DNA from: Alphaproteobacteria bacterium
GTDB lineage: Bacteria > Pseudomonadota > Alphaproteobacteria > Rs-D84
Length of the DNA stretch: 48,555 bases
Assembly: GCA_009782315.1 (NCBI GenBank)
Contig: WRJH01000002.1
Location: 1 to 48,555 of the forward strand
Direction: 5' to 3'
The notes beneath the pieces are model-generated. The model did no database searches, was not told the DNA's origin, and saw only the letters and a list, made by a program, of their open reading frames with translations. The position numbers were made by a program, and so were the translations under genes. This document shows positions 26,113 to 34,991 of this stretch, one piece after another. Each line of letters begins with the position of its first letter. The first letter of the stretch is position 1.

Positions 26113-28347
26113 ATGGCTGCAAAGTTCAATATTTTATCCGTATCCGGCAAAGGCAAGGGCTTTGGTATTTTCAGGTCCAAATCGTACGCGTCCAAAGACC
26201 ATGAATTTCTGAAAATGCAGCTGGTGTTCTGGAAATACCGCTGGCTGTTTTTCGCCTGGGTGTTCGCCATACTTGCGTTCGGGGCCGCGTTCGCCGCCGA
26301 ACACATATTCCGGTACGGTTGGAATCCCGCCACAATCAAATGGCTGTCGGTTTATTTCGACCAGATTATTCATACGTTCGGCCTGCGCGTGTTCGCGGAA
26401 ATTCCGGCATGGTTTTCAAGGGCCGCTTTGCGTCCGGATTTTCCGGTCGTGTTTCCGCTGGTTGTGATAATCGCGTACAACCTGGTCACCATTCCGCTGT
26501 TCACCGAAAAATTCAACCCGCACGGCGAAGATATGTGGGACAGCAGTTCTTCACGCAAAGCGAACGAGGCGGACGTGGCGAAAATGGGCCGGTACGGCGG
26601 TCTGTTCAAAGGCTTTATAATCGTTCTGGGCAAATTCAAAAAGAAGTACCTGATGCTGGACGAAACTTTGTCCGCGCTGTGCGTGGCGCCCCCCGGAATC
26701 GGTAAGACGACCGGAATTGTCCAGCCCACAATCTATAAATGCAACACCGTGTCCATGATTATCAACGACCCGAAGCCGGAACTGGACGATTTGACGTCCG
26801 GATACCGCGCGACTTTGGGACCGGTGTTCATCATGAACTGGGCCGGCCAGGACGAACCGGACAAGGGCGTATATTTTCCGTCTTGGAATCCTTTGTCGCC
26901 GGAACACGTTCCGTTTTTACAGGAAAAGCGCGATTTGTACATAGATTCCATCTGCGCGACGCTGGTCGCGGACAAGGCGTCAAGCACCGCCGACCCGCAC
27001 TGGACCATATCCGGTCGCGCGGCGTTGTCCGGCCTGATCCAATTCATAGTGTCCAAAATAGAGCGGGCGAAATGGAACGATTATTTCAAGGCGCGCCTTT
27101 CCGCCGGGACTTTCGACCGGACGGACGCGGCGCTGCTTGACGAACGGTACGCGATGATGGGGGGCGACCCGAACGCGGATGCGGCGCGGCACATGCTGCA
27201 AACCGGGGCGCTGTCCGCCAATAATTATGTTCCCGTCGGAACCTGGGCCAATATTCCGCCCAGCTGGCTGGGCAAAGAGGCGTCGCTGTCCATGATTCTG
27301 GACTGGTTGAACACCAGCCAAATCAGAATCGCCGAAGAATTGGAGACAAGGCGGAAACAGGGCGACCAGATGGTAATGATGGCCGACCCCATGAAAGACC
27401 TGTTCCAGGATGCCGTCGAAGAGGCAAGGCAATACGGATACGCGCACCGTTCCATACTTGAACTGACGCAATTGGCCAATACCCCGGACAAGGAACGCGG
27501 GTCGATACTTTCGACGGTTATGGCCGGACTTGGCATTTTCCGAAACGCGGCCGTGCGAAACCGCACCAGCCATTCCGATTTCCATTTTTCCGACCTGCGC
27601 GGAATGAAGAATCCGAAAACGGGCAAATTCGAACCCGTGACCGTGTACCTGTCCATAAACCTGGTCGATGCGGAAGCTTTGAATCCCATAACCGCGATAT
27701 TCGTCGAACTGATGTCGTCGTTTTTGCTTACCAACAAACCGAACTCTGTACACGCCGGCCAGACATTGGGGCCGACGCCGACCCTGTTCGTCCTTGACGA
27801 AATGCCGAAAATGCAGAAGATGGAGGCGGTCATAAAAGGACCCGACCTGGGCCGCGGACAACAGGTGTCGTATCTGATAATCGGACAGGATTTGGCCCAA
27901 ATACGGGAAAAATACGGTCCCGACGCGTCCGAGGCCATAATGTCCACCACCGCCGCGAAAATAGTGTTCCGCCAGAACAATTACGAAACCGCCCAGAAAT
28001 TCAGCGTTATAATGGGCGACAAGAAAAAAGTAAAAGAAAAAAAGGACGACAAAGGCGTTATAAAGGAAGAAAAAGAAGCCGCAGAGCCGCTGTTTACTCC
28101 GATGGATATAATGAAAATGGATTCGAACAAAGTACTTGTCATCATGCAGGGTTGGCCCAACCGTCCAATAGAGGCCGACGTACCGTATTATTTCAAGGAC
28201 CCGGAACTGACCGGTCTTTCGAAGATACCGCGCGCGTCGGCGTTGCCGGAATCACTTATCCCGGCGCATCATGCGGCGATGGGATATCCGGGCACGCCGA
28301 AGATTTATGACAATAAAACAAAGACGACCAGAGAATTAAAGTCGTAA
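26113..28347 (+). CDS. Type IV secretion coupling protein, VirD4/TraG family
   Basis: 744 aa with N-terminal TM helices. Walker A CVAPPGIGKTTG; Walker B-like TLFVLDEMPKM; IIGQDLAQIREKYG resembles the conserved Q-rich motif of T4CPs. Confidence 0.8.
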   Translation: MAAKFNILSVSGKGKGFGIFRSKSYASKDHEFLKMQLVFWKYRWLFFAWVFAILAFGAAFAAEHIFRYGWNPATIKWLSVYFDQIIHTFGLRVFAEIPAWFSRAALRPDFPVVFPLVVIIAYNLVTIPLFTEKFNPHGEDMWDSSSSRKANEADVAKMGRYGGLFKGFIIVLGKFKKKYLMLDETLSALCVAPPGIGKTTGIVQPTIYKCNTVSMIINDPKPELDDLTSGYRATLGPVFIMNWAGQDEPDKGVYFPSWNPLSPEHVPFLQEKRDLYIDSICATLVADKASSTADPHWTISGRAALSGLIQFIVSKIERAKWNDYFKARLSAGTFDRTDAALLDERYAMMGGDPNADAARHMLQTGALSANNYVPVGTWANIPPSWLGKEASLSMILDWLNTSQIRIAEELETRRKQGDQMVMMADPMKDLFQDAVEEARQYGYAHRSILELTQLANTPDKERGSILSTVMAGLGIFRNAAVRNRTSHSDFHFSDLRGMKNPKTGKFEPVTVYLSINLVDAEALNPITAIFVELMSSFLLTNKPNSVHAGQTLGPTPTLFVLDEMPKMQKMEAVIKGPDLGRGQQVSYLIIGQDLAQIREKYGPDASEAIMSTTAAKIVFRQNNYETAQKFSVIMGDKKKVKEKKDDKGVIKEEKEAAEPLFTPMDIMKMDSNKVLVIMQGWPNRPIEADVPYYFKDPELTGLSKIPRASALPESLIPAHHAAMGYPGTPKIYDNKTKTTRELKS

Positions 28348-28350
28348 TCC

Positions 28351-29112
28351 ATGAAAACCCGCCTTGCCAAATTTATTGCGGATTCCGGAATCGCTTCGCG
28401 CCGCGATGCGGAACGGATTATCGAATCCGGCGCCGTTTCGGTGAACGGCGAACGCGTGACGACGCCTGTATTTTTTGTCGGGCCGGACGATAATGTCGTC
28501 TTTCGCGGCAAACAGGTTTTACAACGTCGCGGAACGCGCGTAATCGCATTCAACAAGCCTGTGAGCGTCGTCACCAGCACGCGCGACCCGGATGGCCGCA
28601 AGACCGTTTACGATTGTCTGGCGCCCGAAATGCGCGGATTAAAATATATCGGGCGGCTGGATTTCAAAACGACCGGTCTTTTATTGCTGACCGACGACGG
28701 TGCGCTGGCCCGCCGGCTGACATTGCCGGAAACCGGCTTGGTGCGGACGTATGTCGCGAAACTGCGCCCGGATTTGAAGGCGTCCGCGTTTGCGCGAAAA
28801 TTACGCGAATTTTTATCGCCCCTGTCCGCGGACGATTCCATATTTGACACTTTGCGGCGCGGCGCGACGATTGACGGGGTAAAATATGCGCCGATGGATA
28901 TAGAATTGCTGTCGCGTTATCCGCTGTCCGTTCAAATTAAATTAACAGAAGGCAAAAAGAATGAAATCCGCATAGCGTTCGAACATATCGGCCTTCCGGT
29001 ATCCAAACTGCACCGCGAATCATACGGCCCCGTGGAATTGGGGGATTTGAAGCCGGGAGAGTGGAGGGAGTTGGCAGAAGACGAAGTAAAGAAATTAGCA
29101 ATGGGCAATTAG
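28351..29112 (+). CDS. rRNA pseudouridine synthase, RsuA/RluB family
   Basis: 253 aa. S4 domain RLAKFIADSGIASRRDAERII..G.V.VNG; catalytic GRLDFKTTGLLLLTDDG. Confidence 0.85.
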   Translation: MKTRLAKFIADSGIASRRDAERIIESGAVSVNGERVTTPVFFVGPDDNVVFRGKQVLQRRGTRVIAFNKPVSVVTSTRDPDGRKTVYDCLAPEMRGLKYIGRLDFKTTGLLLLTDDGALARRLTLPETGLVRTYVAKLRPDLKASAFARKLREFLSPLSADDSIFDTLRRGATIDGVKYAPMDIELLSRYPLSVQIKLTEGKKNEIRIAFEHIGLPVSKLHRESYGPVELGDLKPGEWRELAEDEVKKLAMGN

Positions 29113-29210
29113 CAATTATCAATTATTGTGCCGATATTCGCCGACAGTTATTTAATATAGATTGTAAGCGAAGCGAACACATTAATTGCTAATTGCCAAT
29201 TGATAATTAA
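29104..29210. repeat. Inverted pair of 7-nt-period arrays (GCAATTA / TAATTGC)
   Basis: ggcaatt agcaatt atcaatt attg ... cattaattgctaattgccaattgataattaa. Confidence 0.8.
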
Positions 29211-29233
29211 AAACGGGCCCAAAGCCCGTTTTT
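29209..29233. terminator. Bidirectional terminator between the pseudouridine synthase and TPR genes
   Basis: AAAAACGGGCC-CAAA-GCCCGTTTTT. Confidence 0.7.
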
Positions 29234-30257
29234 ACATTCCGTTCAGCAATGTCCCCAATCTTTCCATCGCGTCCGCGTCTTTAAGCGCGGTTGCAATGGT
29301 CAATGCCGATTCCAAATCCCCGCGCGCCGCGATAAAATCGCTGGTCACAACGTTCAATGCGGCGGATTTTTCAAAATACGACATCGCGTCGCGCGACATC
29401 TGTTCGCGTTCTTCGGATGTCTGGGCGGTCTGTATCTTTTCGGATATTATGGTTATCGCGGAAACATAATCGCGTGCGGCCGGCGCATACGCGCCCGCGC
29501 CCGTATATGCCTCTGCCCGGCCCGCATAATCGTCGGACACCGGGTCCAGCGCGCTTTCCGCAATCGCCACGGTATAATCTTCCGCCGACGCGTCGAAATC
29601 TTTGGCCCAAAGGCGCAGCTGGGCGCGGCGCGAATATATGTCGCGGTTTGAAAGCATGTCGCTTTTGTTCAAAGTATTTCTTTCCAGCGCCGCGTCAAGG
29701 TCGCGCATGGCCGCTTTGAAATTTTCCTGCCGGATATATGCAAGGGCGCGGTCGTACCAGGCGACGGGATTTTCGTCGTCAAGATTTATCGCGCTGGTGA
29801 AATCGTAAACGGCTTTGGACAGGTCGCCCACTTGCAGATGCGCCTCGCCCCTGTAGATATGCGACATGACGTCGTCCGGATTCGCCTCTATGGCGATGGA
29901 AAAGTCCAAAATGGCGCCGACCCCGTTTCCGGAAACCAGTTTGCCCCGGCCATACGCGAAATATTCGTTCGCAAGTACGGCGCGTTCTTCGTGCGACATG
30001 GCCGTCATGTCGATTATCGCGGCGGCCATCCCGTGATCGTCCCCGGGATTCAGTATGGAATAGCTGCGCCCCATTATATAGAACGTCGCGGATGCAAAGA
30101 ATAAAATTATGCCGAAATATATGTTCCGGGCCAGCCGTCTGCCGCATGGCGCGGGCATTGCGCGGGTCGCGGGCACGTACGCGGCCGCGATGCGCGGCGA
30201 TTTTGCCGCCGGTTTTTTTGTCTTTGCGCGTTTTTTTGAATCTTTTTTGAAAACCAT
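29232..30257 (-). CDS. Membrane-anchored TPR-repeat protein
   Basis: Internal ATG 30257 (MVFKKDSKK, RBS GGGGGGAAGGAA) of ORF 29232-30416. It has one TM helix, then repeated A..Y..RG.A....GD...A..DF..AI motifs. Confidence 0.7.
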   Translation of the reverse strand: MVFKKDSKKRAKTKKPAAKSPRIAAAYVPATRAMPAPCGRRLARNIYFGIILFFASATFYIMGRSYSILNPGDDHGMAAAIIDMTAMSHEERAVLANEYFAYGRGKLVSGNGVGAILDFSIAIEANPDDVMSHIYRGEAHLQVGDLSKAVYDFTSAINLDDENPVAWYDRALAYIRQENFKAAMRDLDAALERNTLNKSDMLSNRDIYSRRAQLRLWAKDFDASAEDYTVAIAESALDPVSDDYAGRAEAYTGAGAYAPAARDYVSAITIISEKIQTAQTSEEREQMSRDAMSYFEKSAALNVVTSDFIAARGDLESALTIATALKDADAMERLGTLLNGM

Positions 30258-30323
30258 TTCCTTCCCCCCTGTCATCTCTATAAACAATTCTATGGGATTT
30301 GCGGGGCAAGAGCAAGGAAAAAA

Positions 30324-30455
30324 TAGGTAACAGGTAATAGGTAATAGGTAGTTCGAGTTAATAGACTGTCTATTATAATAGACAACATGTAAGTGTCCAA
30401 TATATTGGGCAACCACTACTTATTACCTATTACCTATCGCATATCGCCTGTTATC
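30324..30455. repeat. Inverted pair of GGTAATA-type arrays enclosing the TPR-gene promoter
   Basis: aggtaac aggtaat aggtaat aggtag ... ctacttattacctattacctatcgcatatcgcctgttatc. The loop contains TTGGAC-17-TATAAT on the minus strand (30400-30372). Confidence 0.75.
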
Positions 30456-31213
30456 GAGTCGAATTTTTCTTTGCCGACGATAATCGTTCCATCGGAAAAT
30501 TCCGGCCTTGCCTGGGTTTTGATTTCCGTCCGCCAAAAGACGTCCCCGGTGCCGCCCGCTATCGCATACAAGTAACCGTCCGTGCCGACCACATAAGAAA
30601 CGCCCGTCCGGACAATGAACGGCGTGCCGGTGCCGACGCCCGAACACCAAACTTTCGCGCCCGTGTCCGAGTTGAGTTTGCAGAAAGAACCGCCCAATCC
30701 CCCCGCATAGACAAACCGGTCGCCGTCCGTCATTACGGGCGCGACGACGTCAAGTATGCTGGACCCGCCGGTCATCGCGCTGGATTTGAAAATGTCCGCG
30801 ACCCACACCAGGTTGCGCGTAGCCCTATCTATCTTTACGACTTCGCCGGTGGACAGTCCGGCGAATATGTATTTGTCCGTCACCGTCGGCCGTCTTTCGC
30901 CGGAAACATGGGCGGTCGTCGGAAAACCGGAAAATATCCGAATCCGTTCGTCCCCGGATATCCGCCATACTACATTGTTGGAATCCTGTATGTATTCCGC
31001 GGTCCGCACCCCCGGCCGCGATATTTCTTTCAGCGCGTTTTCCGGTACCGGTTTGTCCAGAACCACGATTCCGCCGGTATCGAACACGGAATGCCGTTCG
31101 CCCGGAAGTACCGGGTCCTTGGTGGCGCAGGCGCAAAGCGCTATAAGGCATAGGGCATAAGGCATAGGGCATATGCGCTTTGTAATCATTGAAAGTATTT
31201 TCATCAATCTCAT
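30434..31213 (-). CDS. PQQ-like beta-propeller lipoprotein, BamB-like (short)
   Basis: 259 aa with lipobox LIALCAC-A. Repeated G.v.a.d..tG...W motifs (KIDRATRNLVW, LNSDTGAKVW, AIAGGTGDVFW). It lies downstream of a yfgM-like gene. Confidence 0.6.
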   Translation of the reverse strand: MRLMKILSMITKRICPMPYALCLIALCACATKDPVLPGERHSVFDTGGIVVLDKPVPENALKEISRPGVRTAEYIQDSNNVVWRISGDERIRIFSGFPTTAHVSGERRPTVTDKYIFAGLSTGEVVKIDRATRNLVWVADIFKSSAMTGGSSILDVVAPVMTDGDRFVYAGGLGGSFCKLNSDTGAKVWCSGVGTGTPFIVRTGVSYVVGTDGYLYAIAGGTGDVFWRTEIKTQARPEFSDGTIIVGKEKFDSITGDMR

Positions 31214-31242
31214 ACTTTTATGCCTTATGCCCTATGCCTTGT
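31141..31242. repeat. Inverted GGCATAR arrays straddling the bamB-like start codon
   Basis: ctataaggcatagggcataaggcatagggcata (encodes the signal peptide PMPYALCL) and ttttatgccttatgccctatgccttg. There are 22 consecutive complementary nt, and the start codon 31211-31213 lies in the loop. Confidence 0.85.
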
Positions 31243-31937
31243 TACTTCAACATCTCTGCCTGGGCGGAAATGGATGCGGGCGCGTCCTTGTCCGACGTTA
31301 TGCGGTCCAGCCATTTGCGCGCGGACGCATCGTCGCCGGATGCCAGATATTTTTGCGCAATCAAAAGCATGCCGGTGTAATAGAACGGCGACCGTTTCGT
31401 CTGGACGGGCGCCAAATGGCGCGCAAACTGCCCCGCCGTCATGTCGGTCGCCTTTATGACCGCCAGGTTGATAAGCGCCAAATCCCGAAAATCGCGCGTG
31501 TTGCCGTCTTTGGCCAATTGTTCCAGCCGCACCAGCCCGTCTTCTATATTGCCGGTTTGCAAATCCAGTTTCGCCGCGGAAAACAGCGCCAGGTCCGCCA
31601 TGCCGCCGCCGGACTGTCTTGCGGCGCGGACAAGCGCCTCGCGCGCGGCGGCCGTGTTCCCGGATTCCATCATCATGACGGCCGATTCATACGCGGCGGC
31701 AGATTGGCGCAGGGTCCGCGCGTTGTGCATCCGCAAAAGCTGCAGCCCCGAAACAACGACAATCGCCAGCGCGGCGGCCGCGATAAGAATGCGGGAATGT
31801 TTTTTTACGAAATCGTACGCGGCTTCCGCATGAACCTCTTCATTTACTTCCCTGTACAGCGCGTCTTCGGCGTGGTCTTGCAGCGTCTTTTTCGGCGCGG
31901 CCGGTTTTTTTGCAAATCTTGTCAGCATTGATGCCAT
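31242..31937 (-). CDS. YfgM-like membrane-anchored TPR-like protein
   Basis: Internal ATG 31937 (MASMLTRF, RBS AAAGGAG) of ORF 31242-32288. It has one TM helix followed by a helical-repeat domain, and lies upstream of the bamB-like gene as in yfgM-bamB. Confidence 0.55.
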   Translation of the reverse strand: MASMLTRFAKKPAAPKKTLQDHAEDALYREVNEEVHAEAAYDFVKKHSRILIAAAALAIVVVSGLQLLRMHNARTLRQSAAAYESAVMMMESGNTAAAREALVRAARQSGGGMADLALFSAAKLDLQTGNIEDGLVRLEQLAKDGNTRDFRDLALINLAVIKATDMTAGQFARHLAPVQTKRSPFYYTGMLLIAQKYLASGDDASARKWLDRITSDKDAPASISAQAEMLK

Positions 31938-31987
31938 CGGTTGCTCCTTTTTCATCTTTGGCAATGATACTATTGTTTTCATCCCAT

Positions 31988-32015
31988 TTGCAATCTTTTT
32001 AATTTGCACTATACT
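31988..32015 (+). promoter_or_regulatory. Candidate promoter TTGCAA-16-TATACT abutting the rpoH start
   Basis: TTGCAA 31988-31993, TATACT 32010-32015. The ATG at 32023 is only 8 nt past the -10, so the mRNA may be leaderless. Confidence 0.4.
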
Positions 32016-32022
32016 GGTTGGC

Positions 32023-32955
32023 ATGAAAGTCAAAAGCGAAAAGAGACAAGACAACGATACAAGGGACGAAGCCGCCCTGCCGGCCGTCTGCAACCCCTTG
32101 CCCATTGTGACGTCCGACGACGCCAATCTGGAACGGTATATCCGGTCCGTCCAGAATTTTCCCATGCTTTCCGCCGAAGAGGAATACGAATACGCGCAAA
32201 GCTGGCGCCGGGCGGGCGACAAGTTCGCGGCCGAAAAACTGGTGTCCAGCCATCTGCGCATGGTCGTTTCCGTCGCGTACGATTTCAAGAATTACGGAAT
32301 TCCCGTCGCGGATTTGATTGCCAGCGGCAATTTGGGACTGATGCAGGCGCTTTCCAAATTCGACCCGGAACGCGGATTCCGGTTTTCAACGTACGCCATG
32401 TTCTGGATAAAGGCGGAGATTTACGACACCGTTCTGAACAACTGGTCTTTGGTAAAAATCGGAACGTCGGCGAATCAAAAGCGCGTGTTCTTTAACCTGG
32501 CGCGGGCCAAACGCGCGCTGGGCATAATGGACAACAATCTTTCCGACGACCAGACAAAGCAAATCGCGGAATATTTGGAAGTTCCGGAACTGGACGTGTC
32601 GCGCATGCAAAAACGCATCGCCGCGCGCGATTTGTCGCTGAACCGGCCGGCGCGCGACGAGTCCGATTCGCCGGACATGCTTTCCAATCTGGCGGATGAC
32701 GAAAATTCAATCGAAGACAAATTAGAACAATCGCAATTCAGAAATTTCGGGCGCGAGCTGTTGCAAAAACATCTGGCGGCGATGCCGGAACGCGACCGCG
32801 AAATTTTAATCGCAAGGCGCCTGTCCGACCCGGCGCCGACCCTGGAGCAATTATCCGAACGGCACAAGATTTCGCGCGAACGCGTCCGGCAGATAGAAGA
32901 GCGGGCGTTTGCAAAACTGCGGGACGCGATTCTGGCGGATGCCAACAAGTCATAA
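32023..32955 (+). CDS. rpoH: RNA polymerase sigma-32 factor RpoH
   Basis: 310 aa. Region 2 LVSSHLRMVVSVA, YAMFWIKAEI; RpoH-box-like QKRVFFNLARAK; region 4.2 ISRERVRQIEERA. Confidence 0.9.
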   Translation: MKVKSEKRQDNDTRDEAALPAVCNPLPIVTSDDANLERYIRSVQNFPMLSAEEEYEYAQSWRRAGDKFAAEKLVSSHLRMVVSVAYDFKNYGIPVADLIASGNLGLMQALSKFDPERGFRFSTYAMFWIKAEIYDTVLNNWSLVKIGTSANQKRVFFNLARAKRALGIMDNNLSDDQTKQIAEYLEVPELDVSRMQKRIAARDLSLNRPARDESDSPDMLSNLADDENSIEDKLEQSQFRNFGRELLQKHLAAMPERDREILIARRLSDPAPTLEQLSERHKISRERVRQIEERAFAKLRDAILADANKS

Positions 32956-33051
32956 GGCATAGGGCATAAGGCATAAATAATATGAGATTGATTAAACTAG
33001 TTTCAATAAGCACAAAACTGATATGCCTTATGCCCTATGCCTTATGCCTTG
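32949..33051. repeat. Inverted GGCATAR arrays straddling the porin-like start codon
   Basis: gtcataaggcatagggcataaggcataaat ... atatgccttatgccctatgccttatgccttg. The 24-nt core ataaggcatagggcataaggcata is the same as at 25261 and 31143. The right arm encodes CLMPYALCLA. Confidence 0.85.
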
Positions 33052-34028
33052 CGTCGCCTGCGGCGGCATACACATACAACAGGGACGGCGTCGGGCTGCG
33101 CCTGAACGGATACGGGACTGCGGGCGCCGCTTTCCCTGAACCGCTGATTTACGATTACCGCGTTCGCGGCCAGGCGAATTACGCCGTGCGAGGCGGCTGG
33201 ACATTGGGCGCCGTTTATTCTTTTGACCGGCTGGCCTATGAATTCGACAGATATTATTCCGACGCGTTCATATTCGCGGAAAGCCCGTACGGCCGCACGG
33301 AATTGGGTTGGACCGAATCGGTTGCGGCGAAACTGGGGCTGGGGCTGCCCGATGTCGGCGCCCTGCGAATGAACAACACGCCGATTTTATACAAGGTGAC
33401 CGATACGTCGGACGTTATTTCAAATTCAACATTAACAGGGACCAGATATTCTTTCCGCGCAACCGCCGTGTCGCTGCCCACCAATGTTGTTCAGGCCGGC
33501 ATGTCGGTTTCGCCGTTCGATACGCATTTTAATTCTGCGACCGACGTCGGAATAAAATTCCGACAGCCGCACGGCAAGACAAAACTGGCGCTGTCCGCCG
33601 CCGCCGGATTTGTGGACAGCCCCCGCGATTTGAACGCGGATATTTATACAGCGCCCGTCACCGCTGATTCGCGCATGCAGGCCGCGTTGGGTGCGAATGT
33701 TCAATACACCAGTTGGAATTTCGGAGCGACCGTTCGCGGGATTTACGACCATAACGCGATAACGCGCCCGTCGGACGGATTGCAGACCGGCGTCGGCGCC
33801 AGTTACGACTTCCTTGCCTGGTCCGCGTCGGTATCGTACATATTGTCCAACGTCGGTATATGGGGCAACCATCCGGACTATCCGAATTCGACGACCACCC
33901 ATACCGGCATTGTGTCGCTGCGTTACAAAATCGACGAATATTTCGAAATGTTCGGGTCGGGCGGCGCGGTGTCATCCCCGGGTGACGTACAACCGTTTGT
34001 TGCCGCCGGACTGCATGGAAAGTTTTGA
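32982..34028 (+). CDS. Outer membrane beta-barrel (porin-like) protein
   Basis: 348 aa with a signal peptide. Alternating beta-strand pattern with aromatic girdles; C-terminal ..GLHGKF ends in Phe, as in OMP sorting signals. Confidence 0.6.
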   Translation: MRLIKLVSISTKLICLMPYALCLASPAAAYTYNRDGVGLRLNGYGTAGAAFPEPLIYDYRVRGQANYAVRGGWTLGAVYSFDRLAYEFDRYYSDAFIFAESPYGRTELGWTESVAAKLGLGLPDVGALRMNNTPILYKVTDTSDVISNSTLTGTRYSFRATAVSLPTNVVQAGMSVSPFDTHFNSATDVGIKFRQPHGKTKLALSAAAGFVDSPRDLNADIYTAPVTADSRMQAALGANVQYTSWNFGATVRGIYDHNAITRPSDGLQTGVGASYDFLAWSASVSYILSNVGIWGNHPDYPNSTTTHTGIVSLRYKIDEYFEMFGSGGAVSSPGDVQPFVAAGLHGKF

Positions 34029-34042
34029 AATTTGAAAAATAT

Positions 34043-34180
34043 AAACGCCGCGAAAGCGGCGTAAAAAATTAAATCATTCACATTTGTTAGACCGGCTTGC
34101 GTGTGGTTTTGGTCCCGTAGTGTATAAGATATACATGAGGGGCCAAAACCGCGCGCAATGCGGTTTCGGACAAGGTAATA
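34043..34180 (+). repeat. About 140-bp conserved element, copy A (terminator hairpin plus long conserved stem-loop)
   Basis: Aligns along its whole length with 36333-36468. It lies between the stop codons of convergent genes (porin-like and yip1-like). Confidence 0.75.
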
Positions 34181-34182
34181 AG

Positions 34183-34797
34183 TTATCTGTAACATTCCAG
34201 CGCGGCGGCATAGTTTTTAAGGGAAAGCCAGCCGAACCGATAATCCGTCGCATACACCGTCAGCATAAAGAAAGCAAACGCGCCGATGACGATAAGGACG
34301 CGCGTCCTGTTTCCCTTCATGCAATACACCGCGATGTTGTAAAGCAGGAACAGCACGTATATGTCGACAATCGCGCTGATGACCCATAACGACACGCAGC
34401 CCCAGGCCAGCGAATTCAAAACCAGTATCACCGGATATATAAAGAACACCGACGCCAGACCCTTTATCGCGATTTCCCAATCGCGTTCGCCGCCCGTTAT
34501 TTCCGACACCATCATCAGCATGCCGCCCAAAACGAACAGTATCGCGACCGCCATAACCGGAACGATTACCAGTTTTGAAAATATCAATTGCAGCGTCAAT
34601 TCCGCCCCGCCGATTTTCTGTATCACCAGAACCATTATCCCGCCCAGCAGACCGTACAGGAACGCCTTCATCATGGATTCGTCCATATTCCCGTCCGCGA
34701 CGATTTTCGAAAAGAACTGTTTTGGGTTCATGATTATCTGCACTATGTGCGAGAACCAGATTGCGAACATGCGTTTGTATGAATTACGTTTGGCCAT
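34183..34797 (-). CDS. Yip1-family integral membrane protein
   Basis: 204 aa, five hydrophobic helices, N-terminal I..P..FF pattern. Family assignment is from memory only. Confidence 0.5.
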   Translation of the reverse strand: MAKRNSYKRMFAIWFSHIVQIIMNPKQFFSKIVADGNMDESMMKAFLYGLLGGIMVLVIQKIGGAELTLQLIFSKLVIVPVMAVAILFVLGGMLMMVSEITGGERDWEIAIKGLASVFFIYPVILVLNSLAWGCVSLWVISAIVDIYVLFLLYNIAVYCMKGNRTRVLIVIGAFAFFMLTVYATDYRFGWLSLKNYAAALECYR

Positions 34798-34805
34798 TTT
34801 ATACT

Positions 34806-34991
34806 CCGTTTACCGTTTACCGTTTACCGTTTACCGCCTTTCGCGACTTTCGGCAAATGAATCACGGAATTTGCACTTTGTTAAATTCCACTGTATAATA
34901 AACACGAATAAACAAAAAAACAATCACAAAATTTTCGTTATTTGTTCCGCATTGCGCGGTGAACGGAAAACGGAAAACGGAAAACGGAAAT
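34806..34991. repeat. Inverted CCGTTTA / AACGGAA arrays enclosing the yip1-der divergent promoter region
   Basis: ccgttta x4 at 34806-34840 and ggtgaac ggaaaac ggaaaac ggaaaac ggaaata at 34958-34991. The der ATG is at 34992. Confidence 0.85.
34871..34899 (+). promoter_or_regulatory. Near-consensus promoter TTGCAC-17-TATAAT for der
   Basis: TTGCAC 34871-34876, TATAAT 34894-34899. Confidence 0.5.

Noticed and set aside
26113-28347. Calling an ICE or T4SS locus
   Set aside because: Only the coupling protein is present. There are no VirB/Trb genes, relaxase or integrase in the window, and the flanks are housekeeping genes.
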